Below are positions 1 through 9,232 of a stretch of DNA of 32,005 nt, piece after piece. Position numbers and translations under genes: made by a program. The notes beneath the pieces are model-generated. The model searched no databases, was not told where the DNA came from, and saw only the letters and a program-made list of their open reading frames with translations. Numbering within the stretch: the stretch's first letter is position 1; each line of letters starts with the position of its first letter. This stretch comes from a virus (taxonomy: Duplodnaviria; Caudoviricetes), in IMG/VR virus record IMGVR_UViG_3300006483_000006, positions 1 to 32,005 of that record; one strand, 5' to 3'.

Positions 1-1212
1 TCATGACGCCGGGCGGCCGAGGTACACGCATGCGAGGCTGCCCCACCTGCGAGGCGCGTTGGCGGCGCCAGTGGGTACGACCCGAGATGCTGCAAATCCA
101 AAGGTGAATCTATGGTTCCCCTCAGTGCCAGACCCGAGAGAATCCGATACGTTATCCGTACGGTGCAGCGCCCCATTCCAGTTTGCATTTTGCCCCCACA
201 ACCGGCCTGTCATGCTGCCGACAATGTCCCTGATCCGGTCACCATCCGCGTCTCCCACGCCGAGAAGGTCGCATCCGAAGGCCTCGGGCATCATGCCTCG
301 CAGGTCCGGCAGGCGCAGGCGCTTGCCCGGAATATCCAGACAATACTTGGCTACGCCGCCCACACCATCAAAACCGACCTTCGTGCCGTCCGCATTGGTA
401 TGCCACTGATATGTGTTCAGGGCGGCGTACTCGGCGGCGCTCACGCAGAGGAACTGCCCCTCCTCGGTCTGCAGGTAATCCCAAATTTGGGGGTATGTTA
501 CGTCCACGGACTCAATCCAGCGCCCGTCACATATACCCATACCCGGCTTGGCGACATTATGTATGCCGCCGGTAAAGACATGCCAGCCCAGATAATAGTC
601 CAGGGTCAGGGTCTTGTTGAGTTGTGCCCACAGGGCCTCCACGGCAATTAGCGTGTCCTGCTGGTGCGCGGCCAGCGCGGCGGCCAGCGTGTTGTCAGCC
701 GATTCACGCGCGGCCGCCTCGGCGGTGACCAGCCCCTCAACCTCCACGATCTCCGCATCCACATAAGCCCGGCTGGCCGTGGCGATGGCCGGGTCGATGC
801 GGATGGGCGTGCTCGTGTCGCTGGCCTTCTCTATGATGATCCGGACGAGCAGTTCCTTGCCTGCCCCCTCGGCAAGCTGGGGCTTGTAGGTCTCGGGCAT
901 CTTGGCGATGGCGATCAGATCGCCCGCAGAGTCGATGAGGCCGGCCTCGCGCACGGTCCAGCCGCCGGTGGCCGTGGGGAGCACGGCCTCGACGATGACG
1001 TGGCCCGGATTGGTGGGATCGACTTCCAGTCGGGTGATGCCGCCGCGCCAGACCTCGCGGACCAATGCGGTCATGGCGTCGTTAGGCTCGTATGCAGCAT
1101 CGCCTCCGTCCCCCACGGCCAGATGGGTCAGGGTGATCTGCGGCCCGCCCGCGAGGTGATTAGCCTCCTTGATGCGGCCGGCGCGCGTCCAGATGGTGTA
1201 GTAGGTAGCCAT
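1..1212 (-). CDS. Tail fibre protein (P2 gpH-like N-terminal baseplate anchor, collar-like C-terminus)
   Basis: N-terminus with ITLTHLAVGDGG, GGWTVREAGL, IAIAKMPETYKP; C-terminal RLPDLRG and AASRVVPTG motifs; follows the baseplate genes. Confidence 0.92.
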   Translation of the reverse strand: MATYYTIWTRAGRIKEANHLAGGPQITLTHLAVGDGGDAAYEPNDAMTALVREVWRGGITRLEVDPTNPGHVIVEAVLPTATGGWTVREAGLIDSAGDLIAIAKMPETYKPQLAEGAGKELLVRIIIEKASDTSTPIRIDPAIATASRAYVDAEIVEVEGLVTAEAAARESADNTLAAALAAHQQDTLIAVEALWAQLNKTLTLDYYLGWHVFTGGIHNVAKPGMGICDGRWIESVDVTYPQIWDYLQTEEGQFLCVSAAEYAALNTYQWHTNADGTKVGFDGVGGVAKYCLDIPGKRLRLPDLRGMMPEAFGCDLLGVGDADGDRIRDIVGSMTGRLWGQNANWNGALHRTDNVSDSLGSGTEGNHRFTFGFAASRVVPTGAANAPRRWGSLACVYLGRPAS

Positions 1213-1222
1213 ATCCTCTCCT

Positions 1223-1873
1223 TCAGAACGGGTTGACGGTCAGGTAATCGCACGTTTGGCAGGCCGCGCGCAGGTACACGGGCCAGGCCAATTCCAGGTC
1301 CGTGGGGGACCAGGGATAGACCTCGATGGTCTCGCCGATCACGGCCGCAGCCACGGTAGCTTGCGAGCCCCGCGCCGTGAGGCTGACCTCGATCCCGGCC
1401 AGCTTGGCCGAGGCGCGCTTCTGGTCATTGAGGACCCACAGCCAGAGGTCGTAGTCCTGGCTGCCAACCGTGACCTCGGAGGCCAGGTGGCAGCGGAATT
1501 CGGCCCAGCGCTGCGGGTCCTCGATGCGCAAGCTGTAGACGGTTGCGTCGATGAAGCCGTAGGAAGCCAAAATCTTGCGCAAGCCGGACTGCTTGCCGCC
1601 CAGGAGCGACCATGCGTAGGCGCTGATCACGCGGGCACGGAAGCGCTCGAAGCCCTCCAGGGGATGCCGCCGGATTCCCCGGCTGCGGCCGTGCTCCTCG
1701 ACGTGCTGCTCGTCGCAGGTCTCCGGACTGAACTGCTCGCGCAGCCAGAGGATGTCCTGCCTGGCCTGGTCGAGGCTTCCGGCCGCGCCCTTGACCAGCA
1801 CGGCCAGCGGCCCGCCGACGAGCAAAAGCGGCCAGCGTAGCGTCTCCACAAAGTATCGCCAGAACACGCCCAT
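1223..1873 (-). CDS. Baseplate wedge / tail protein I-like
   Basis: Lies between baseplate J and the fibre; ATG at 1873 overlaps the J stop (TAATG); RWAEF motif. Confidence 0.8.
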   Translation of the reverse strand: MGVFWRYFVETLRWPLLLVGGPLAVLVKGAAGSLDQARQDILWLREQFSPETCDEQHVEEHGRSRGIRRHPLEGFERFRARVISAYAWSLLGGKQSGLRKILASYGFIDATVYSLRIEDPQRWAEFRCHLASEVTVGSQDYDLWLWVLNDQKRASAKLAGIEVSLTARGSQATVAAAVIGETIEVYPWSPTDLELAWPVYLRAACQTCDYLTVNPF

Positions 1874-3024
1874 TACGCAGCCTCTGCCCAACTCGTGGTG
1901 ATGGTGAGGGACTCAAGCACGGCCAGGCCGTCGGCCGGCACGTCCACGTCGGCGGCCGGGCTGGTCCAGATGATGCGTTTGACGCCTGGGATGGCCATGA
2001 GCAGCGCCACCATGCGGTCGCGGGTCAGATCCTCGCCGATGGCCAGAGGCTCGACGCCCGCCACGGCCGCGGGCAGGAACAGGGCCTGCAATCGAGCCAC
2101 GGCCTGTGCCTGGATGGCTACGGCATCGCCGCTGACCAGCTCCAGTTGCGCGTCGATGGCCACGCCCACCTCGACCGGCCCCTTGACCAACACATCGTCA
2201 TTCTGGGGCTGATCCTCGGCAATGCGCGCGCTGACAGCATCCAACAGATCCTGCGTGGGCAAGCCGGCCGCGCCGGTGATGACCACGTCCACGGTGCCTT
2301 GGCCGCGTGGATGCTGATCAAGCACCGAGGCCGAGGTCACGCCGGGCACCTCCAGCGCCCAGGCCTGGTAGGCGTGCCTGGTCAGGCCGTTGCGGGCGAG
2401 CCAGGCCAGAGCGTAGCGCCCTCGCAGGCTCTCATCATCCTCGCGGTCGGCTCCCTCGCTCACCAGCCAGGCGGCGCGGTTTGTGACAGCGTCCACGCCC
2501 TGCACCGGCGTGACCAGATCGACGATCTGTCCGACCGTGACATTGGCGGCCGCGCCGTACTCCTCGGCTTCCACCGGCACGACTATCTCGGTCTGGCCGG
2601 CAGGAAGCACCGCGTCCTCGGTTGTCACAAAGCGGTAGACCTGGCCGGCGGCGTCGGGCGGCGTGCGCAGGATGCGCCCGGCCGGAATGCGCACGTTGCC
2701 GGAGGTGCCGGCGCGCGTGAAGTAGACAACCCCTCGGGCCTTTGTGGCCGCGCGGCGCGTGATATCGACCTGCTTGCACCACAGATCGAGCCAGGCCCCC
2801 GTCGCCGAAGACGGAAAGGCTTGCGTGAGCACGAAGGCCAGGAACAGGTAGAGCTGATGCAGGCCCCAGCACCATAATTCAACGAGCCCGCGGACAACGC
2901 CCTTGTTGAGGTTCAGGCGTCGCGGAAGCCAACCTTTGGCCACGTACTCAGCCTGGACCTCCTCGATGCGCCCGAACATCTCGGCGCGGATCTGCTCCAA
3001 AGTCTTGTTAACTGGTACGGACAT
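1873..3024 (-). CDS. Baseplate J-like protein (P2 gpJ / Mu gp47)
   Basis: 383 aa; ATGAWLDL, RRAATKARGVVYFTR, GADREDDESLRGR, RGQGTVDVVI motifs. Confidence 0.95.
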   Translation of the reverse strand: MSVPVNKTLEQIRAEMFGRIEEVQAEYVAKGWLPRRLNLNKGVVRGLVELWCWGLHQLYLFLAFVLTQAFPSSATGAWLDLWCKQVDITRRAATKARGVVYFTRAGTSGNVRIPAGRILRTPPDAAGQVYRFVTTEDAVLPAGQTEIVVPVEAEEYGAAANVTVGQIVDLVTPVQGVDAVTNRAAWLVSEGADREDDESLRGRYALAWLARNGLTRHAYQAWALEVPGVTSASVLDQHPRGQGTVDVVITGAAGLPTQDLLDAVSARIAEDQPQNDDVLVKGPVEVGVAIDAQLELVSGDAVAIQAQAVARLQALFLPAAVAGVEPLAIGEDLTRDRMVALLMAIPGVKRIIWTSPAADVDVPADGLAVLESLTITTSWAEAA

Positions 3025-3436
3025 CGCTCTTCAGCGCCTCGATTTTGCCGCCACCGACCTCGATGACCAGGTTGTAGGGGTGATCCTCGCCAACAAACTT
3101 CCAGATCGCCATAAGCGTCACGGAATTGTCATCCCACTTGAGAATTGCCGCCGTGACGCTCATGGGCTGCACGCGCGGGTCGGCCTGGATGCGGCGCCGG
3201 ACTTCGGCCTCCAGGGCCATGCGATTGGCCTGTGTGTCCTCTTCGCGGCTCCACTCGTGGAGCCGCGAGCCGAACGCCGCGTCGTAGAACAGCCCGCCGC
3301 GCGGCGTGCGCAGGCGCAGCAGGATGTCCTGCAGGCCGGTCTGCACGCCGTCGGCAAGCAGCAGCTCACCGGAAGCCGCGATCCGGGGCTTTTGCTCCGC
3401 GTCGAGGGCTATGTCCTGGCCGAAGATGTCGCTCAT
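3008..3436 (-). CDS. Baseplate wedge / sheath initiator (gpW/gp25-like)
   Basis: 142 aa; LQDILLRLRTPRGGLFYDAAFGSRL and DPRV motifs; directly upstream of J. Confidence 0.85.
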   Translation of the reverse strand: MSDIFGQDIALDAEQKPRIAASGELLLADGVQTGLQDILLRLRTPRGGLFYDAAFGSRLHEWSREEDTQANRMALEAEVRRRIQADPRVQPMSVTAAILKWDDNSVTLMAIWKFVGEDHPYNLVIEVGGGKIEALKSDVRTS

Positions 3437-3442
3437 GATCGC

Positions 3443-3640
3443 CTACTTGTGGCTCGGGGCGTTGGGAGCGGTCGGGGTCGCGCCCACGTCCTCGATGTAG
3501 GGCACCTCCTCGCAGACCGCCTCGCAGATGGCCCGGACAAAAACCTGCAACTGATCAGTGAGGTCCGCCCCCCGGAAAAGCGGGCTCGCCTTGATCTTGT
3601 CCAGGGCGTTTTGGCTGACCCGATTAGCATTGACGGCCAT
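3443..3640 (-). CDS. Hypothetical protein, 65 aa (MAVNANRV...)
   Basis: ATG at 3640 just after the spike stop, with GGAG upstream; fills the gap between spike and wedge genes. Confidence 0.65.
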   Translation of the reverse strand: MAVNANRVSQNALDKIKASPLFRGADLTDQLQVFVRAICEAVCEEVPYIEDVGATPTAPNAPSHK

Positions 3641-3645
3641 GTCCC

Positions 3646-4278
3646 TTACTCCTTGCTGGCCAGCACGGTGCTGGATTTGTCGATGTGCGGCATGCCGGTC
3701 AGGGCGCAGATGCACATTCCCGTGACCACGCCCGAGACCGGGCCGGCGGTCTTGTGCGTGACGGTGCCGCCGGCTTCCACGCGCACGTCGCCGTCCACCT
3801 TGACCAGCCAGTCGCCGCCGATGGTCGCCTCGGCGTTGGCTGGGGTGACACAGATGATGCGCTTGCCTGCGTCGATCTTGATGTGCGTGTCCGGGTCGGC
3901 CTGGATGATGAAGCCGTCCAGCTCGCACTGGGGAGCCTGGCCCTCTGGCCAGCGAAAGTTGCTCACGTGCGGGAAGTCAGGCGAGCCATCGTAGTAGGCC
4001 AGGTCGCAGATGACGCCCACGCGCGGCGGGCAGACCACGCCCCGGTCCGGCCCGGCCCACAGGATCGGGATGGACACGCGCGGGACGAGCGGTTCGGCCG
4101 GGTCCTCGCTCTCGTCGTTGCGCAGAGGCTGCACGTCGCAGAAGTATGTGCCGCCCGAAGCATAGGCCTTGACCACGCGGGCCTTGCGCACCACGCGGTA
4201 GTAGCGGCGTAAGTCCGGCATGCACAATTCGATGGCCCGCTTGAGCAGCTCGCGCAGCTGGCGCAGGTCAGATTTCAT
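3646..4278 (-). CDS. Baseplate central spike (gpV / Mu gp45-like), 210 aa
   Basis: Start MKSDLRQ at 4278; OB-fold-like CDVQPL...VSIPILWAGPDRGVVCPPRVG, beta-helix-like repeats, metal-binding C-terminus. Confidence 0.88.
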   Translation of the reverse strand: MKSDLRQLRELLKRAIELCMPDLRRYYRVVRKARVVKAYASGGTYFCDVQPLRNDESEDPAEPLVPRVSIPILWAGPDRGVVCPPRVGVICDLAYYDGSPDFPHVSNFRWPEGQAPQCELDGFIIQADPDTHIKIDAGKRIICVTPANAEATIGGDWLVKVDGDVRVEAGGTVTHKTAGPVSGVVTGMCICALTGMPHIDKSSTVLASKE

Positions 4279-5086
4279 GCTCGTCTCCGTACTGCAGGAA
4301 GGTTCGCGCGCTGTCGGGCGTGATCTCGTGCACCACGCGCAGGGCGCGGATCTGCTCGTCGATGGACCGGCGCTCGTCGCGCAGGCGGAACAGCCGGGAA
4401 TGGCGCATGGAAGGCAAGAGGAACGTCTCCACGCAGGACAGCCCGGCCGGACCGCTGGCCGGAGAGTGCCGGATGAGCCCGGCGCGCGTAGCAATGACCG
4501 GCACGGCGCCGGGCTCATCGAAGTCGCCCCAGTTGACCGCACCGTCTTCGCCCATCCACAGCGCCCAGTGCTGCATATCCCGGCCGGTAGAGCGTTGCAC
4601 CGTGTGCGCGGCCTGTCTGACCAGCTGCCAGGGAGCCACGCCGCTGGCCACGAAGTGGCGCAGCTGCATGCCCGGCGAGTCGATGCGGCCCAGGGGCAGG
4701 CCGGCCTGGCGCACGGCCGCGCGCACGATGGCCTCGGGCGACTCGTCCAGCCAGGTCTGGGTGATGACGGTCTCCACGAGCGGCAGCTCCGGGCCGAGCA
4801 CGCGCACCAGCACCTGATCCGCAGTTTGCCCGGCCATGAGTCCGCCCACCGTGCCGCGCCAGGTGGCCGGCTCCTGATCCCGGTAGCCGAGTGCGATCTC
4901 GGCCGCGTCGCCACGCGCAAGAGAGCGGCCCACATCACCGGCCGGGTCCGGCAGCACGATCCTGGCCACGGTCAGCGGCTGGTGTCGCGTGGAATCGATG
5001 ACTAGGCGCGGGTAACGCAGGACCTGAAGACGCCCGAGGCGGATGCGCACCGCCAGTCCAGATAAGGCGCCGGATATGGCCGTCAT
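4268..5086 (-). CDS. Baseplate hub protein (gpD / Mu gpP-like)
   Basis: 272 aa; IALGYR...TWRGTV pattern; lies between tube-initiator-like gene and spike. Confidence 0.7.
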   Translation of the reverse strand: MTAISGALSGLAVRIRLGRLQVLRYPRLVIDSTRHQPLTVARIVLPDPAGDVGRSLARGDAAEIALGYRDQEPATWRGTVGGLMAGQTADQVLVRVLGPELPLVETVITQTWLDESPEAIVRAAVRQAGLPLGRIDSPGMQLRHFVASGVAPWQLVRQAAHTVQRSTGRDMQHWALWMGEDGAVNWGDFDEPGAVPVIATRAGLIRHSPASGPAGLSCVETFLLPSMRHSRLFRLRDERRSIDEQIRALRVVHEITPDSARTFLQYGDEHEI

Positions 5087-5598
5087 GACACATCCACCGT
5101 CAGGGTCGCATCGAGCGCCGGCTCTGCCTGACCAGCCGTCGCGGCCGGGGCCGCGCCGGCCGCGGCGCGCTCCTCCACGGCCACGATGGCCGGGCGGTGC
5201 TCGGTAAAGCTCAGGTTGGCCAGCATCACATCGTCCTGGTCCGTCTCGGACGAGTCCAGGCCCGAAAACACGACCTGATCCACGCCCCGAGCGCGCAGGT
5301 GCGCGTTGACCACATCCAGGACCAGGGGGTTGCCCTGGCCATCGTGGCCCCTGAATTTGGCGTCCAACAAGGCCAGCTTGTCGTAGCAGGTGGACTCGGA
5401 GTCCGTGAGCAAGTCCACGATGATTACGACCTCCGCGTCATCCCAGCCGAGCGGGGTCTTGGTTTTGCCGCTCATCCCGTCCTGCTCCGCCTCGTCGAAC
5501 TTGACCAGGCCGCGCACGGACAAATGCGTGAGCACGCCCGGCAGCAGCTCGCCGGCCAGGCGAACCTCGCCGTCCTCGAAACTGAGCTGCCTAGCCAT
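5083..5598 (-). CDS. Tail tube initiator-like protein, 171 aa (MARQLSFE...)
   Basis: Directly after tape measure, ATG overlapping its end; SGKTKTPLGWDD motif. Confidence 0.65.
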   Translation of the reverse strand: MARQLSFEDGEVRLAGELLPGVLTHLSVRGLVKFDEAEQDGMSGKTKTPLGWDDAEVVIIVDLLTDSESTCYDKLALLDAKFRGHDGQGNPLVLDVVNAHLRARGVDQVVFSGLDSSETDQDDVMLANLSFTEHRPAIVAVEERAAAGAAPAATAGQAEPALDATLTVDVS

Positions 5599-8212
5599 CG
5601 TGACCCTCCACCAGGCGGGCGAGACGAGACAGGAAGTCGTCGGCGTCCTGGACGCCGTGCAGATGGACCTGCATGCCCTGGATGATGATCTGCCGAGGTT
5701 GCCTGCCACCCCGCTCTGGGGCCGGGGCCTCCACGCGGATCTCCGGCGCGGCCGGGGCGTCGGCCAGGGCCGGGGCCGGAGCCGCCACGATAGCCAACCC
5801 GCCGAGCGCGCCGGCCATCGTAGCCGCCAGGCGCGGGGCTGCCGAGCGCACGCCCTGGCCGAGCGTATCCGGGATGGCCGCGCCCGAGGCGGTCAGTGAC
5901 GAGAGCGGGCCTTCCCTGGCGTCGCTGCTCGGCAAATACCGCGCTAGCGGCCCGAGAAACTCGCGGAAGTCGGCATAAAGCCCGGAGGCTCGACCCTTGA
6001 TGCCGTCCCAGAAGGTAGCGATGAGGGCCGCGCCGGACTCGTAGAGATTAAAACCCGCGAACCAGTCCCACAGCTCGGAGAACCAGGTTTTGATCGGCTC
6101 CCAGTTGCTGATGATAATCCCGAGCGGATGAAAACTGTAGAACAGATCGGCTAGCCAGGCCCAGAAGCGGGTAGCCAGAGAACCGACCGCATCAAAGAAT
6201 CCACTGAATGCTTGACCGATGGCGCTGAATACACGGCCGAAAAAACCGGATATGGGCTCCCAGTAGGCATAGACGAGCGCGACCACGCCCGCGAGCGCCG
6301 CGACGCCCAGCACGATCCAACCGATGGGGCTGGCCAGGAAGGCGGCATTGAGCAGCCACTGCGCGGCGGCCCAGAGCTTGGTGACAGCGATAAGACCGAT
6401 TTGGAGGATCTTGAAGGCCTGTACCACGGCGTAGCCCACGGCGATGGTGGCCACGATGCCACCCAAAGCCTCGCCCCAGGCCTGCCAAGTGGCCACGTCC
6501 GTGGCAGCGCCGGCCTCGGCCGTGGCCGCCCCCATAAGTCCGAGCCAGCCGGCCACGGCCTGCACCGCCGAGCCAAGAGCGTCCAGGATGGGACCAACGA
6601 CTGCCCAGGTGGCCGTGGCCACGCCGGAGATGCCCCGCCAGATACCGATGCCCAACTCGCGAATGCGGTAGGCCAGCCTTGCCACCGTGGTCACCGCGCC
6701 CACCAGGCCGGCGGCCTCGATGTCCTGAGCCAGCTGACCCTGGACGGTGCCTACGCCGTCCTCAAGCGACCCAAACACGGCGACCACGCCTTGGTAGACA
6801 AGCTGCACATTGGCCCACCACGCTGTCAAACGGTCGGCCATGCCGCCAAAATTTGCGCGCCAGGCCAGGGCGAGCACGGCCACAGCTGCGACGATGGCCC
6901 AGATGGGCCAGCTCACGGCCGCCAGCGCCCCGCCCAGGATGGGCAGCACGGCCGAGGCGGCCCAGGACGCAGCCGCGAAGGCGGCAATGCCCACCACGGC
7001 CGCGGCCAGGACTCCAGCCACGGTGACGAGGGCCTGGCCCACGGGCGTCTTGGCCAGGATCAACAGGCCGTCCGCCAGGACCCCCAGGACCTGCGCGGCA
7101 GCGCCCACGAGCGGCAGCACGGCCGTGCCGATGACGATGCCGATGGCATTGAGCCTGTTGCGCAGCAGGATGAGCGTATTGCCAACGGTCGCGGCGCGGG
7201 TGTCGAACTCGGCCTGCATGGACCCGGCGTAGTTGGCCTGGTCACCGACCAGCTCAAAGGCCTGTGACAGGAGGCCCGTGTTGGCCAACAGCGGCGCGAT
7301 GGCCGCCTGTCCAAGCTCCCCGAACATCTCGGTGAGCAGGGAGACTTGCAGTTCCTTGGGCTTGTTGGCCAGGGCCTGCATGACCTGCAGAATGGTGCCC
7401 TGGGCGTCTGTCTGCATGTCTTTGGCCATTTGCCTGGCCGAAAACCCCAGGCTCCTGAACGCCGCGGCCTGCCGGTCAGACATGGCGCTGCCCAGCACGA
7501 GCGTGCTGGTAAATTTCCGCAGGCCGGTGGCCGCGACCTCGGGTGTGGCGCCAGCAGCGAGGATCGCGGCTCCCAGGGCAGCCACCTGTGTTTCGGCCAG
7601 GCCAGCGGTCATGGCCAGCGCGCCGGCTCGCTGGATAACCTCGCTGAGCGCCGGGGCCGTGGCGTTCATGTTGTTGGAGAGATGGTTCGCGGCATCGGCC
7701 AGGGCGTAGGTCCGCTCAAGCGTCAGGCCCATGCCCGCGCGCCAGTCGGACATGGTCTTGCCCGCCTGGTCGCCGGACATGCCGAAGGCCACGCCCATCT
7801 TGGCCGCCTGCTCCGCGAACCCGAGCAGGTCGGCCTTGGCCACGCCGCTTTGCCCGGCGGCCTCGACGATGGCGGCCAGGCCGTCGGCGACCATGGGGAT
7901 GCGCGTGGACAGATCCAGGATGTCCTGGCTCATGGCCTGGTATTCCTGGTTCGACAGGTCCAAGACCTTGTTCACATCGGCCATCGCCCCCTCGAAGGCG
8001 ATGGCCTTGGATGTCATGGCCCCCAGCCCCAGCAAGAGCACGCCGGCCACGGCGGCCACGGGCAGCATGGACTTGGCCAGCATGCCCATGCGCTGGCCCA
8101 GGCTGACCACGCGGCCCTCCGTGGCCGCGAGCTGGCCCTCAACCGCGCGCATGGGGCCGGTGATGTTGTCCACCAGGCTCATGACGGCCTGAACCGCGAA
8201 CATGCCTTCCAT
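5591..8212 (-). CDS. Tail tape measure protein (TP901-like core)
   Basis: 873 aa, Ala/Gly-rich; FEGAMADVNKV, AEQAAKMGVAF; aromatic repeats (YWEPISGFF, NWEPIKTWF). Confidence 0.96.
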   Translation of the reverse strand: MEGMFAVQAVMSLVDNITGPMRAVEGQLAATEGRVVSLGQRMGMLAKSMLPVAAVAGVLLLGLGAMTSKAIAFEGAMADVNKVLDLSNQEYQAMSQDILDLSTRIPMVADGLAAIVEAAGQSGVAKADLLGFAEQAAKMGVAFGMSGDQAGKTMSDWRAGMGLTLERTYALADAANHLSNNMNATAPALSEVIQRAGALAMTAGLAETQVAALGAAILAAGATPEVAATGLRKFTSTLVLGSAMSDRQAAAFRSLGFSARQMAKDMQTDAQGTILQVMQALANKPKELQVSLLTEMFGELGQAAIAPLLANTGLLSQAFELVGDQANYAGSMQAEFDTRAATVGNTLILLRNRLNAIGIVIGTAVLPLVGAAAQVLGVLADGLLILAKTPVGQALVTVAGVLAAAVVGIAAFAAASWAASAVLPILGGALAAVSWPIWAIVAAVAVLALAWRANFGGMADRLTAWWANVQLVYQGVVAVFGSLEDGVGTVQGQLAQDIEAAGLVGAVTTVARLAYRIRELGIGIWRGISGVATATWAVVGPILDALGSAVQAVAGWLGLMGAATAEAGAATDVATWQAWGEALGGIVATIAVGYAVVQAFKILQIGLIAVTKLWAAAQWLLNAAFLASPIGWIVLGVAALAGVVALVYAYWEPISGFFGRVFSAIGQAFSGFFDAVGSLATRFWAWLADLFYSFHPLGIIISNWEPIKTWFSELWDWFAGFNLYESGAALIATFWDGIKGRASGLYADFREFLGPLARYLPSSDAREGPLSSLTASGAAIPDTLGQGVRSAAPRLAATMAGALGGLAIVAAPAPALADAPAAPEIRVEAPAPERGGRQPRQIIIQGMQVHLHGVQDADDFLSRLARLVEGHDG

Positions 8213-8407
8213 TTACCCTTTCCCCCCGAACATCTTGCCGAACGTCTCGAAGTGCCTCTGCTCAAGCCACAGGGCCTGGGCGGCCTGGTCGGCGAAGGTT
8301 TCCATATCCTCGGCCGGCTCGCTGTGCAGCCAGTGCCGGATGAGCGCCGAATGCTGGGCCATGCCGTTTGCCTCCAGATCCGCCCTGGCCGCCTGGATCA
8401 GTTTCCC
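8213..8407 (-). CDS. Tail assembly chaperone -1 frameshift extension (lambda gpT-like part)
   Basis: Open -1 frame GKLIQAARADLEANGMAQHSALIRHWL...FGKMFGGKG* from the slippery site to a TAA abutting the tape measure ATG. Confidence 0.85.
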   Translation of the reverse strand, partial: GKLIQAARADLEANGMAQHSALIRHWLHSEPAEDMETFADQAAQALWLEQRHFETFGKMFGGKG

Positions 8408-8730
8408 ACTTCGCCGAAGCCCACGCTGGTCAGGATTGCATTACCGAGCGAGCTGGCCAGGCCAGGGTAGGTGTCGCAGGCCTTGCGCAGCTCCTCGCGC
8501 TTGTCGGGGTGCACCACGTCCAGGACGAGGTTCCCGAACGCCATGCCGGGCTTTTTCAGCATCGTTTTTTGCGCTCGTTCGACTTGGGGCTGCGTGGGCC
8601 GGCGGAAGGGGAACGAAAAAGAGACGTCCTCGCCCTGGAACTTGTCGTAAAAGGTGTGCTCGAAAGCCACGTAGCCCTCGGGCCTCATAGCCCGCGTCTC
8701 CGCGTGCGCGGTGGTGCTTGCCTTGGTCAT
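8398..8730 (-). CDS. Tail assembly chaperone (lambda gpG-like)
   Basis: 110 aa between tube and tape measure; ends in slippery G GGA AAC TGA. Confidence 0.88.
   Translation of the reverse strand: MTKASTTAHAETRAMRPEGYVAFEHTFYDKFQGEDVSFSFPFRRPTQPQVERAQKTMLKKPGMAFGNLVLDVVHPDKREELRKACDTYPGLASSLGNAILTSVGFGEVGN
8401..8407 (-). other. -1 ribosomal frameshift slippery heptamer GGGAAAC
   Basis: X XXY YYZ in the correct phase (G GGA AAC) immediately before the chaperone stop. Confidence 0.85.
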
Positions 8731-8752
8731 GATGTGCTCCTGATGGTTGCGG

Positions 8753-9223
8753 TTACGTGATCACGTCCACGATGGTGTCGATGAGGTTGCCGGCCTTGGT
8801 GTAGGCCGGGATGCCGTTCCACAAGATCGGCTTGCTGATCTTGAAGTCGAGCTTGAACTGCCTGGCGTTGGGCTCGTTCTGTTTGGCGCTGGTGGCCACC
8901 TTGGTGAACCAGCACAGCGGAAGCACGTCGACCACGGTCTGCTTGAGGGCGGAGCCGTAGCTGACGATGATGGGCACTGGCGTGTTGTACATGCTGCCGC
9001 CCATGACCAGCTGCAGGCGCTGGAACTCGTCCGAATCCAGCGTGCAATTGCCGCTGGCCTCGTAGTTCTTGCGGCCGACGCCACGCGGGACCGCGCCCTT
9101 GCCGTAACGCATCTCCACGTCGCGGCCGTCCTCGTAGTTGACCTCGACGATGCCCACTGTCTCGCCGCTCGGCGTGACGATGCGCACGTCCTCCCAGTCG
9201 TAGATTGCTCCATTGATGGGCAT
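8753..9223 (-). CDS. Tail tube protein
   Basis: 156 aa after sheath; INGAIYDW, YGKGAVPRGVGRKNYEASG. Confidence 0.9.
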   Translation of the reverse strand: MPINGAIYDWEDVRIVTPSGETVGIVEVNYEDGRDVEMRYGKGAVPRGVGRKNYEASGNCTLDSDEFQRLQLVMGGSMYNTPVPIIVSYGSALKQTVVDVLPLCWFTKVATSAKQNEPNARQFKLDFKISKPILWNGIPAYTKAGNLIDTIVDVIT

Positions 9224-9232
9224 GGCTGCCTC

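Noticed and set aside
1..300. DGR variable region at the tail fibre 3' end
   Set aside because: No reverse transcriptase or template repeat in the window, so it cannot be supported here
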